The notes under the pieces: generated by a model | Databases searched by the model: none | Seen by the model: only the letters and a program-made list of their open reading frames with translations | What the model was told of the DNA's origin: nothing | Assembly (NCBI GenBank): GCA_964016885.1 | Contig: OZ024764.1 | Location: 16,926,001-16,990,000, forward strand | Origin: Eledone cirrhosa | Lineage: Eukaryota | DNA: 64,000 nucleotides | Reading direction: 5' to 3' | Shown here: positions 36,355-48,934 of the stretch, in pieces | How the letters are laid out: each line of letters opens with the position of its first letter | How positions within the stretch are numbered: position 1 is the first letter of the stretch | Translations under genes and position numbers: made by a program

Positions 36355-37547
36355 TTCGAGTCTTGTAAAAGTGTTATTACTGTAATATAAAGTAGAAACC
36401 CTTTATTTAAACAAAGCTGCGATGCAGCGATGATCAAAGCAAACCCCAATCTGTAAACAAACTTCTCGTAGGTGCTGCCAGATACCCGATAACATGTGTA
36501 GACGAAGTGTAAGAGGAAGTTGGGTCGTATTATATCACTTTCATATTGACCCTATTATATTCAAATTGTCCCCCGTGGGGCGTGCACCACACGTTGAGAA
36601 TCCCTCATAAATAAATATGTGAGTGAGTTGCTATGACTGCTATTTCTAGCAGTTTACTGCTGTCCTGTAGACGCACAACAAAAACCGGAAGTGGCAGCCA
36701 TTAAAAAACTTTGGCTTAAAATCAGGCAAAAGTTTTTAAACAATTTGCCAAGAAAGATAACTCTTGTCTTACTTAATCGCAAAAATCGAGACAAAAATTT
36801 TGCGGGTGTGCAGTTTGTTTGGTGTATTTGACTGCTATTTCTAGCTGTATGGACGCTTTAGAAATAGCAGCGAAACACGGAAAACATCAGAAAGAAGGAC
36901 ACATACGTATATATTTATGTATATGTATATTTGTGTGTGTGTATATATATATATATATTTAATTAAATATATCTGTATATAAATATATATATCTGTATAT
37001 ATATATATATGTATATATATATATGTATATGTATATATATATACATATAAATATATATATATATATATATATATTACATATATACATATATATATAGATA
37101 TATATACATTTAAATATATATATTTATATATATATATATACACGCGCGCACACACACACCTATACATAGATATCGATGAGTGTATAGCTGGTATATATAT
37201 AATAATAATAATAATGAAATTATTGTGTAAAGTGCTCAGGTGCACTACAACTCGTCAATATAGTACATAGAATAATACACAAATGCCAGGGAAGTACATG
37301 TTTGTATGTGTTAGCTGTAGTGTTGGCGGATCTCGGGAAGCATGGAGGCCTTAAAGGATGCAGCGTCTCGACAGCTAACAACTGATGCAGGTAGTTTGTT
37401 CCATGCTTCAGCAACTCTGAGCGTGAAAAAATGTTTCCGAAAGTCATGGGAACTGTGCTGTTTTCTTACTTTGTGGGCATGTCCACGTGTGTTAGACACA
37501 TGGAAATCGAAAAGGCACTCAATATATGTATGGGTGAGTGTATAGCT

Positions 37548-37586
<39 letters not shown>

Positions 37587-38360
37587 ACAAATAGACACAT
37601 ATCCATAAACATATATATATACCTATATATACCTATATATATATATACCTATATATATATATATATACCTATATATATATATATACCTATATATAGGACT
37701 AGTACTGTTTCATTCAGATGAAATCTTTCATTCAGATGAAAAACAATTCGAGTCTTGTAAAAGTGTTATTACTGTAATATAAAGTAGAAACCCTTTATTT
37801 AAACAATGCTACGATGCAGCGATGATCAAAGCAAACCCCAAAGTGTAAACAAACTTCTCGTAGGTGCTGCCAGATACATGTGTATACGAAGTGTAACAGG
37901 GAGTTGGGTCGTATTATATCACTTTCATATTGACCCCTATTATATTCAAATTGTCCCCCGTGGGGCTTGCACCCCACGTTGAGAATCCCTCATAAATAAA
38001 TATATGTGAGTGAGTTGCTATGACTGCTATTTCTAGCAGTTTACTGCTGTCCTGTAGACGCACAACAAAAACCGGAAGTGGCAGCCATTAAAAAACTTTG
38101 GCTTAAAATCAGGCAAAAGTTTTTAAACAATTTGCCAAGAAAGATAACTCTTGTCTTACTTAATCGCAAAAATCGAGGCAAAAATTTTGCGGGTGTGCAG
38201 TTTGTTTGGTGTATTTGACTGCTATTTCTAGCATGTATGGACACTAGAAATAGCAGCGAAACACGGAAAACATCAGAAAGAAGGACACACACCTATATAT
38301 ATATATATTTATGTATATGTATATTTGTGTGTGTGTATATATATATATATAAATTATGTA
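36355..38360. repeat. Direct duplication of a ~600-bp block (36355-36960 and 37747-38350) separated by a CR1 fragment and (TA)n
   Basis: Near-identical sequence from TTCGAGTCTTGTAAAAGTG to CATCAGAAAGAAGGAC. Confidence 0.9.
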
Positions 38361-38387
38361 TATATATAAATATATATATTTAATTAT

Positions 38388-38420
<33 letters not shown>

Positions 38421-38482
38421 GGTATATATATATAAGTATATATATATATATATACTTATATATATATACCTATATATATATA

Positions 38483-38517
<35 letters not shown>

Positions 38518-38578
38518 CTATATATATATATACCTATATATATATATATACCTATATATATATATATACCTATATATA

Positions 38579-38612
<34 letters not shown>

Positions 38613-39008
38613 GTATAAAAAAATCAATACAATATAATTACCTCATTACCAGAGGTTTCCCGAATGAGGCGAATACGAAATAAACGACTTCATTCGGGAA
38701 ACCTCTGGTAATGAGGTAATTATATTGTATTGATTTTTTTATACATTAAATTTTGCTCTGATACTTACATAGAGCACTCTTCACTTCTATGACATTTTCT
38801 GTTTCCAACGGAAATTTCAATACCTATATATATATATACCTATATATATATACCTATATATATATATATATACCTATATATATATACCTATATATATACC
38901 TATATATATATACCTATATATATATATACCTATATATATATATACCTATATATATATATACATATATATATATATACATATATATATATACCTATATATA
39001 TATATACC

Positions 39009-39044
<36 letters not shown>

Positions 39045-39605
39045 GGTACAAATATAAATTAGCGAGAATCGTTTTCAGCTCAGGAATTAACGAAAATCAA
39101 CGTCCGATATGTGTGGCAAGCGCTCGATGAATCATATGAATCAGAGCTACAACACACGTTAAGGGCCAAACACACTGAGATGATGGTTAAACATATCATC
39201 CGCACAGCCAAAACAAAACGACCAAGTAATTCGGGTCAAACAATAAAAATATATAGGCATATATATAGGTTGATTAAAACTGCACTATCCACAAGTGTTT
39301 TTAACCTTCATATCATGTCTTCCTATTTTATCTGATGAAAACACAAATGTTATTGCATGCTGATATTTGTTTTTGAAATGCGCATAATAAAATACATGGA
39401 ACTCATTTAACCATCTTTTGATCTTATATATTATGTATACTCCAGTCCTACAAACTGTAGAGTGCTTCTTATCCGATATCTGCATTGCTTTATTGTACTA
39501 CAATAAAACTCACCTCCTACACACATATATATATATATATATAGGTATATATATATATAGGTATACATGGAACTCATTTAACCATCTTTTGATCTTATAT
39601 ATAGG

Positions 39606-39636
<31 letters not shown>

Positions 39637-39849
39637 ATATTTGGGGAGGGTCATATTTGCGTAATATTGCCAGAATTAATAACAGAACACACTCACTGTT
39701 TGGTTGGTTTTCGCTTCTCGCTGTCTTTTATATATATATATCTGCGATCTAACTTACTCGGTCCTCAATGTTGCCATTGACTGACCGGCGGTCAAAAATA
39801 ATACAGATACAATATAGACAAACACATATATATATAGTTTACATAAATC

Positions 39850-39877
39850 TTTCGTTGCACATCTGCAACATCGTCAG
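39850..39877 (-). ncRNA. Hammerhead-like core in the PLE 3' pLTR (mirror copy on + at 42567-42594)
   Basis: CTGACGA-T-GTTGCA(GATG)TGCAAC-GAAA. Stems I and III are weak. Confidence 0.55.
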
Positions 39878-40158
39878 TGGTGTTATATTCATTGTTCCTC
39901 CTGTTGTGTTGTATGTCTACGCCATTTTTTTTTTTTGTTCAGTCTGTCTATATATTTATTTATTTATTTGCTTGTTTGTTTATCTTATTTTATTTTGTCT
40001 TCTTTGCGCATGCGTTTGCGTGTGTGTATAGTGTTATGTGTGATGTGTGATGTGTGACTAGTGTGTATAGTGTTGTCTGCTGGGTGACTAGTGTGTGTTT
40101 ATGTGCTTGTGTATGTATTTATTTATCTTATTTTATTTAATTTAATTTACTTATTTAT

Positions 40159-42500
40159 TTATACTTCTCTTAGGTCAGTGTTGTTTGTTTGGGTGTTGTT
40201 GTTGTTCCACTCATTCTTTCTGTTTAGCTTTGGTCTTCTAATTTCTATTTCACTGGCCTCTCTGATTTGCCTATCTGCTGGGTCATTCCTATGTTTAGAT
40301 ATTATTCTAATTTCTATGTTGTCTATGTTACCGTCATGATGTTGTCTAGCATGTTCGTATAGTACTGACCCGTTTTTTCGTCCTTTTAGTTCCCCCCAGT
40401 GTTGGTCTATCCTTTCACCTATGCTACGAGCTGTCTCACCTATGTATGTTGTTGTCGTGTTTCTGCAAGTACCCTCTGTACATCTTATGCTATAGACTAC
40501 GTTTCTAGTTTTACAGTTTATCCGGGGGTTCACCTTACATATGATACATTTCCTATTGGTACAGTGGGTTTTCTTAAAAGGGTAGGTTTTGCTGATCAGG
40601 GATTTTATGGTGGTTCCTGGCTTTTCTACCACCTTTATTTTTAAGTGGGTCTTTCTCAGGGCCTTTCTACACTGGTTAGCTAATTTCCCTCCAGGGGTGG
40701 CGTCCACAAACATGACACTCTGATATCTCTGGTTGTCGTACCATGATGTGGCCTTCCCTATCTTATGTCTAGCCCTATCTAAGCTATTCCATGATTTGCT
40801 CCTGTATAGTGGGCAAATTCCTTTCATGTCCAGTTCTATGAGGGTCTTATACTTTTCCATGGCTCCTTCGTATACTCTGACTCTGTCTCTTTGGTTGTAG
40901 CCAGAGAACTGCATGCGGTTGATGAAGTGTTGGATGTGTCCTTCCATTTCTGTTGGGTCGCACATGCTGGACACATTCTTCATCACTCGTACCAAATCTG
41001 CGATCAGAATATTAAACTTAGCACTACTGGACATTGCTGAGTTTTTGAGTATCAGGTATTTGGAGGCCATGGGTTTAGCATAGTGTGAGTGGAGAATTTG
41101 GGCTCTCTCGTCTATAGTGTTAATCCAGAGTTCTGTGTCTAATACAGGTAGTCTATTGTTAGGGTGTTTGGAAGGGAAGTCTATAGTTACAGTTATACTC
41201 TGGTGTATGGAATTAGCTATCTGCTGGATGCTTTCCATCGTGCTACGTTCTAAATCAAACTTGTTAGTGCTCTCTAGTGGGGGTGTTCTTATAACTATAT
41301 TGATATCGTCTACATAACGAGAGTACATGATGAGGTCTATGGAGCTTTCATTAAGGAGATCTTTAAGTCTCCTTTCCCACCATACCATGAAAAGGTTGGC
41401 AACATCGCCAGCTATGCTGACGCCGATGGCTGCTCCCTCATTTTGGGTGTAGATTTTCTCATTGAACTTAAATATGTGGCCCTTTAGGGTAGTTTTGATA
41501 CTAGCCCCTATTGCATGTGCGACCATTTTTCTTACCTGATCAGTGTTTTGGGGGGTCCGTATAGCTTTGGTCCACCCAATCCACCTTCCTATGGGAGTCT
41601 TTTTAGCCATTGAGGTTATGGTGGGGGGTCTACCTCTTATAGGTCTACTAGGGCAGAAACATCTAAGGTCATGGCTGTCTAGGTAGTCAGTGTCGTAGGT
41701 AAGTCTAAGTAGGAGGCCCAGTTCGTCTGTGTCGACGTCGCAGAACTCCACCTCACTCTCAATGATCATCTCCACACATCTTTTCACAGCAAAATCAATG
41801 TTAATGGATGGGTACAGTGACACCACATCCATGCTGCCTATTATGCAGTTGGATAGGCTCCTGTTTTTGTTGCACTCACTGATTCCGCTGAGGAGGTCCT
41901 CTGTACTTTCACATACATCTGGGGACATCTTGATTATGGGGCGTATAACCATTGAGAGGAAGTAGGAGATCCTGTAGTTGCTAGCTATATTAGCTCCGCA
42001 TACAGGTCTTGTTGGTGGTCCTATTGTCGGGTCGTCGACTGTCTTGTGGTCTTTGCGGAGCCCATACAAGGGTGGTATGCCATTGTTAGACGCCTGGAAG
42101 TTGTTGGCAGTGCGTCTGCTTGGCTTTAGGATGTCAGTCCACATCATCATGTGAGCGTTGAGGATTTTTTCTCTCCCATCGTGTGTTAGTTGTGCAACTT
42201 CGCTCGTGTTGGTGATGTGGGGTTGCATTGCCTCGATGTAGTTCGGCATGCTATCTATTGACATCCTACCAGACTTATCTGTGGGTAGACACACTACCTC
42301 ACCATCCCTTGTGCGCTGCTTGAGGCTAACCAAGCCTTCTACAGGTTTTATCCCAAGTTGTTGGGCCTCTGGTCTGCTCTGTCTCATAGTGTACCTGTCT
42401 ACTACTTGTCTAATCTTATTTCTAGCTATGGTGAACTGTGCCTCCGTCTCGTCATCTATTTGTTGTGGTATGCAAACTCTTTTATTAAAGGGTAACCTCG
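40159..42500 (-). CDS. PLE reverse transcriptase + GIY-YIG endonuclease (uninterrupted, about 780 codons, true N-terminus missing)
   Basis: PTDKSG, LYGLRKDHK, SMDVVSLYPSI, QNEGAAIG, YSRYVDD, CTNRKCIIC linker, NVVYSIRC..YIGETAR..R..QH, REASEI...PKLN. Confidence 0.92.
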
Positions 42501-43797
42501 TACTGAACAAAAAAAAAAATGGCGTAGACATACAACACAACAGGAGGAACAATGAATATAACACCACTGACGATGTTGCAGATGTGCAACGAAAGATTTA
42601 TGTAAACTATATATATATGTGTTTGTCTATATTGTATCTGTATTATTTTTGACCGCCGGTCAGTCAATGGCAACATTGAGGACCGAGTAAGTTAGATCGC
42701 AGATATATATATATAAAAGACAGCGAGAAGCGAAAACCAACCAAACAGTGAGTGTGTTCTGTTATTAATTCTGGCAATATTACGCAAATATGACCCTCCC
42801 CAAATATAACAATATCTGTTTCGACACACGATTTCATATAAAAAACCTCGCAAAACTATATATATATATATATATATATACAGGTATAGCAAGTGTTGTT
42901 TCGAAATAATTTTTGCACCCATTTTTGCGATTAAGTAAAGACAGAGTTATCGTTCTTGAGATTTCGTCCTGGTGAAATTTATGGAACTGATGTCGCTAAA
43001 GCGTCAACTTATTAACTCGCACTGTTGCATCATGGGAGAGGTTAGAGTTTATTTTTTTTTAAATAAAAAGGCGAGTTTTTTAATTTACTCCTTGCCACCG
43101 TGTTTGTTGTTTGATAAATAAAAGAATTAATTCCCTCCCACACCTCCCTGTAATCTGAATATCTAATTACCATGGTGTCGGGAGTGGTTAATGTAAACAA
43201 AGGGCAATATGTAATCGCTACACCGGCCTCATAATAATTACTATTGTTCTCCTATTTTTCTTCGAAGTGATTTCGCTTCTTTCTTTCATAGAATTATGGC
43301 TAATTAATTTAAAGCCACTCACTGACGATCTCCGGCCTCTCACCCTCAGATGTTCTGTCTTCTACAACCCCTTTTAAAACAATGAAATGTGCATTCAACG
43401 ATGTAGATGTGCGTACCTTGATAATCATATAAACACAGGATGGTCACGGCAGGAATCCCATCGATTACACACATGTCGGGTCATCTTGTCTTGCTCGTTC
43501 AAGACCTGTGAATAAAAGTAAACAACAGCAACACGTCTCTACGTCTACGCTCCACTTGATAGAAATAGCAGCCAGGTTTCCTAAGAATTACGGAGGTGAA
43601 TTAGCTGTGACACATGTAAATACAATCTTTTATATTTTATCTGTGTAGGAAGATATTAACAATGTTTTTACTTTTGATTATGTATTTGTAAATATATGTC
43701 TTGATCGCTCAGGTCTGACTTGTCAATGAAAGTAAACAACAGCTCCCTTATGAAATGTTCACCATTTAAACCCCAAAATGCATACAGACATATATAA

Positions 43798-43845
<48 letters not shown>

Positions 43846-45064
43846 TCGAAATTATATATATATACGCCAAATTTTTACACGGGGGACAAACAGTTCCCAT
43901 AACCTGAATAGGTCCTCTGAGAACCGACTTATGTATATAGAATCAATGAGATTCCAGCGGTGACCAATATGTGTATATACGACTATCTAAAACTACATCT
44001 TCTAATGTGTCCTTCATTATTTTAAAACGTGACGAGCGATAAATATTTGGCTGCTATTTCCAGCAATAATTCTAATGTTACTTTTGTGTGAATATCTAGT
44101 AATTATTATATTCTCTTCTAAATCTTTCTTATTTGTTGGGGCTTGTTTAAGACGTCAGCCCTCGTCGGTCTTGACCCAGCAGAAGTACGAAGGTTGGCTG
44201 AATATGAAGGACTGATGCTAGAGCTGGGAAATCTTGCATGAATTAATTTCAAGCCTTCTTATTAATAACTGCATTGTTTCTTTCCAAGTAAACTGACATC
44301 TGACTGTTGAAAGAGGACTTCAAATGTAATTAGTAATGACCTCTTGAAAATGTACAACATATGGCATCGTGGTATTTGGCTCTGGTCCACAATTATTGTC
44401 TCTCCTCCTTCTGCACATTATACCTCTACTACAATGGTCTCTGCTCCTCCCCAACCCCTAAATATGCTGTTCCCTCTCTAACTCTACTACAATGGTCTCT
44501 GCTTCTCCCCAACCCTAAATATGCTGTTCCCTCTCTACCTCTACTACAGTGGTCTCTGCTTCTCCCCAGCCCCTAAATATGCCGTTCCCTCTGCCTATTC
44601 TATCTCTACTACTATAGTCCCTGCTCCTCAGAGGCTGCTTGTCTCCACTGAAACACTCATCAGTTATGTTGAAAGCCTCTGGTCTATATAGTCACTACAT
44701 TGAAGACATCCAACTCTGTTTTCTTCAAACCCACCATAACTTAATTCCTCTGCTGCTGTAGCTGAAACAATGGTTAGATTTTTCACTCACCATGGATACC
44801 TTTCCATCCTGTTGTAAGTTACCCTTACCAGTGTCCGTGGAGTCCATTGCTCTACCAATTTTCCTCCTTCACACGACAATCACCTTCTGTGTTGCCTTCT
44901 GTTATTTTTCCCCTTTCAAAAAACCTACAACCATAGGAAACTCCTTGTCCACAGTTCCTGAAAAAGTTTCGGGATAAAAGAACTGGTGTAAACCTCCTTT
45001 GAGATGTAACCTTGTAGGAGGTCAGTGTATATATATATATATGTAAGTGTAAAGAGAGCTGGAT

Positions 45065-45475
45065 GATGATCAACGAGATTACAGGAAGGAAGAGAGGGAG
45101 TTTGAGTTAGATCTGGGGATAAGAAGAGGCTGGACCATTTTAAGACCCTACTAGGAGAGCCACCTTCGACAGCCCAGAATACCAGGGAGATCAGACAGCT
45201 GTTTGAGGAACTGGATATTGAGACAGGACCTTCGCCAGAGAGGGGCTTCAGCGAACCAAGAAGATCAAGACCCATGGAGAGGCATTAAAAGTGATGAAGA
45301 GGTGTTATTTTGATGATATCATCCTGGAGTTCTGTAACCAGGCACTGGAGAAAGTTGCCCTTGATCACTAACATCATCTCAGTACCAAAGAAGGGAGATC
45401 TTTCTAGCATGAACAACTACAGGGGAATCTCATTGATGTCACTTGTGGCAAAGACCCTCAACAGAATCCAGCCCG
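45065..45475 (+). mobile_element. Decayed RTE-like LINE fragment (start of RT)
   Basis: IISVPKKGDLS.MNNYRGISLMSLVAKTLNR, with frameshifts upstream. Confidence 0.75.
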
Positions 45476-47154
45476 AGATGTATATATATATTATAAGAAT
45501 TTTCTGTACTATGGCCATATATTGTTTCCTTTATTTAAGTGTTGTGTTTGCACCACCTTAATCCATAAACTTTGGTGTAAGCAGGATTAAGCACTCTATG
45601 TATCCAACAGTGGTATTGGATTGCTTATAACACATTGAAGTATCAGTGTATATATATAGTTTTTTTTTTTTTGTCCCTTTCATTTCATAAAACCAAATAC
45701 CTAGTTAACTTCAACTACACTGTACTAAACACACTATATATACTATGTATGATGATGTCCAAGGATGATTCAAGTTGGCATTAGTTACATTCTAGAAATA
45801 TCCCATATTGCTCAATGCACACTCTGAAGGTTTCCTTTCGTCTTCCTCACATGAAACAGAGCTATCAGAGTCATTCTTTTTCACCGATGAATCAAGAACA
45901 TCATAAAGTTGTACATGAGTTGGCAGTGAATTTTGATTGCTCCACCAAGTCCTATGATAATGAACCTAACCACAATATCTTGCAGTTCTAGCATCACTTC
46001 TTCAAAGCCATCCTATGAGCTTTTCAGCTGATCCTCTTTTGTAGAGAAGAATGTTTATATAAATGTAGCTTTGTGTGTCTGACTAGAGAAGATTTAGTTG
46101 TGTTTATTTGACAAGGTAAGTATTTATATATAACTGTATCTATGTGTAAGTCTAGAGTAGGTTTAATTTCTTAGAAGAGGTTTATATAAATGTAGCTTTA
46201 TATGTTATGTGTGTAGAGAGAGAAGATGTTTTGTTTATTAGACAAAGTAAGTATGTATATATGAATGTAACAGAATGCCTTCAGTTCTCTGAATTAAAAT
46301 CCTGCTGAGGTCAACTTTGCCTTTCATCCATTTGAGGTTGATAAAACAAAGTACCAGTCTAGTATTGAGGTTGATTCTTCTGTTTCTCTGGAAGAAATCT
46401 GCTGTATTCAGACCTGGAGAGGAGATGGGTCTGCCAGGTTTTAAAAAGTGCCCTAGAAATACTGTATGTCAATGTGTGGCCTGTATGACTCCCTTAGGAG
46501 TTGCAGGTCCATGCATACATGTAACTCTCACAGTTTGGAAGTTCTGCATTCATCACATTGCTCCAGTACTCACAGCCAAGGAGTTAGTCCTGTGGTAGAC
46601 CAGCATACTATCCAGGGAGAGTCTTGTACTCTCAGACACTTAACACCAAGCAAACTGGTCATAAGCTGAGAACAGTCTTTATATATTATACTAAATTTTG
46701 GTCTAATCACATATCGATGAAGGAAATCATGGTCTTAAGATGCTTATTACCAAAATAGATAATTAGTGATTGATACTAATTACTAAGATCGATGGTTTGC
46801 ATTTTTTATTTTCTGTATTAACATAAACATTACTATCTTGAAGTAAATATACTTATTGTTCTGTATATATGTATTAAATACTAGTAGTTTAAACTTGTTA
46901 CATATAGAAACGGGATGAAAGTAAGGTAACACGGTCGTGAAAAAGTAATTTCTTTCTGAAAATATTTCGGAGACGAAGTATAATATTGATAATTATTCGG
47001 TAGAGATCTCAACTCTCACCATACGAAATATATTCAGAAAGAGATATTTCTCCACGCCCTCAGTTATCTCGTCTTCATTCCGTTTCTATATATATATTTT
47101 TTTAATAAATAAAATTCTAACTATAAGTATGACTAATTTACTCAGTAGAGTTGC

Positions 47155-47301
47155 GCTCTGTGCATGGCGCTGCACGTAACGTTTCGGGCTTCGCTGTCGT
47201 ACTTCGGTATGGCATGACCATTCTATGTGTCTGAAGATCGAATCGTTGCGGCGGCAGCCCGGCTTTATGCTGGCCTGCGTCCCCACCTCGCATTGAGTTT
47301 T
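47155..47301 (+). ncRNA. Putative Pol III structured small RNA, diverged copy 1 (147 nt)
   Basis: TATAAG at -33 (47122), B box GATCGAATC 47236-47244, cUUCGg hairpin 47195-47214, terminal stem GCTCtGTGC/GCATtGAGT, TTTT terminator. Confidence 0.55.
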
Positions 47302-48771
47302 ACTAAAAAATTCGCCGAGTTATCGTTTGAATTACTTGCCCCTGATTGGAACTATTCTCGTTTGTTGTCATTCTTCTTTATTGAATTAAACTGTTAACAT
47401 CGTTTGGATTTACTCGTGTAATTTGATAGAATCAGTCTGGATATTATACTAATGGTGAGAGGTATGTAATGTTTTATTTGCCGTATATACACTCACAGAC
47501 ATACATTATTCTATATGCCTTTCATCCTTATGGGGTCGATAAAATAAAGTACCAGTAATGCACTGGATAATTGCTGGCCTTGTGCCAAAAGTAGAAACAA
47601 TTATTCTATATACAGAAAGATTCTAGAGACGTACATATTGTTTTATTTAAACCTAAATACACACAAAACTAGATTTATATATATATAAATGTTCTTTAGC
47701 TGAGGTAAAATACCCTCTAATTTACCTGTACGAACGCTTTATTTGCCATGTATATTTTAATTCATTGCTAAACACTCGAAAATACAGTCTTAGATATATA
47801 TTAACATTCTTTAGTGTATGCATTCACCTCTATAATCCATACACTGGAAGAAACGTTTCCTATCTAGATCAATATACACATATAAAGCTACATTTATATA
47901 TACACTTTCATTCTTCTAAAGAGGTATGTAATGTTTTAGTTGTCCCTTAAATTCATCGATAAACACGTAGTTATTCCTGAGACACAAGAATAATAACTAA
48001 AACCCCTTCATACTTAGGAAAACTAAACATTCTATCTACATACACCGCCTTCTGTCTTATTCATAGTGGTACATCGTTAGAAGTAACTAACTAAGCCTTC
48101 TCTCGACACTATCATTGCATATTTTAAAATCCACTTCTTTATATACTATATTTAGGTTTAATCAATACATATATTGATGATTGGAATCATGGTCTTAAGA
48201 TTACCCAAATCGATACTAACTATTACAAATACAGATCTCTCTAAGGCTATGTTACCTACATATTAATTGTTCTGAAAAGATGCATCAGTCTTCTCCTCTA
48301 TGGAGCAGAAACGTAGCCCCTCACAAAGACGATTGACAGCAGAGCCCTGAGGACCATCACAGCCTGATGATGCCGGTCTAGTCTAACAAGAATAGATGTA
48401 CACAATACTCGAATATAAGGTGACCCTCCTCGCTATCTTATGTCTGAGAAGTGGGCAAAAATGCGAACCTTATTTACGTAGAATTTGAAGTTGGCGAAAA
48501 TGGTCAAACTATTGACTCCCTATATAAATCAACCCCTTACTACATATTCCCTGGCTTCTATTCGTGTAAATCCCGTTATATATGTACAAAACACTAGCAG
48601 TTCCTTAATGGCTATATATCCCGTTATATTTATATAGAAAGAGAAACGGAAAGAAAACGAGATAACACTCGGAATATGTCGTGTTATCTTGCTTTCTTTC
48701 CGTTTCTTTTTTTTTTAAAAAAGAAGTAAAATGTTAGCTATAAGTATGCCTATTTGACTCTGTAGAATTGC

Positions 48772-48934
48772 GGCTTGTGCGTGGCGCTGCACGTAGCGTT
48801 TCTGGCTTCGCTGTCGTACTTCGGTATGGCATGACCACTCGATCGTGTCTGAAGTTCGAATCGTTGCGGGGTCGGCCGGGACCGTTGCAGGCTGGCTTTA
48901 TGCTGGCCTGCTCTCCCGCCTCGCATGAGTTTTT
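48772..48934 (+). ncRNA. Putative Pol III structured small RNA, copy 2 (163 nt)
   Basis: TATAAG at -33 (48739), imperfect A box TGGCGCTGCACG, B box GTTCGAATC 48854-48862, terminal stem CTTGTGCG/CGCATGAG, several hairpins, T5 terminator 48930-48934. Confidence 0.62.

Larger units (their letters stand above)
39629..42815 (-). mobile_element. Penelope-like retroelement (Neptune-type), 5'-truncated, flanked by inverted ~313-bp pLTRs
   Basis: Near-perfect inverted repeats 39629-39943 and 42502-42815, an RT plus GIY-YIG ORF, and adjacent (TA)n. Confidence 0.92.

Noticed and set aside
42501-42567. N-terminus of the 802-aa PLE ORF
   Set aside because: It lies inside the inverted pLTR, so it is a chance in-frame extension.
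45748-45827. Possible C/D-box snoRNA (ATGATGA...CTGA)
   Set aside because: No convincing terminal stem, the short possible rRNA complement is not adjacent to a D box, and the context is decayed repeat.
48772-48934. Identity as 7SL/SRP, tRNA, U snRNA, 7SK or telomerase RNA
   Set aside because: There is only a loose GTGGCGC..GTAG resemblance to the SRP Alu 5' end or a tRNA D-arm. It has no SRP helix-8 motif, cloverleaf, Sm-snRNA signature or CTAACCCT template, and the length is wrong. This was judged by eye, so cmscan is still needed.
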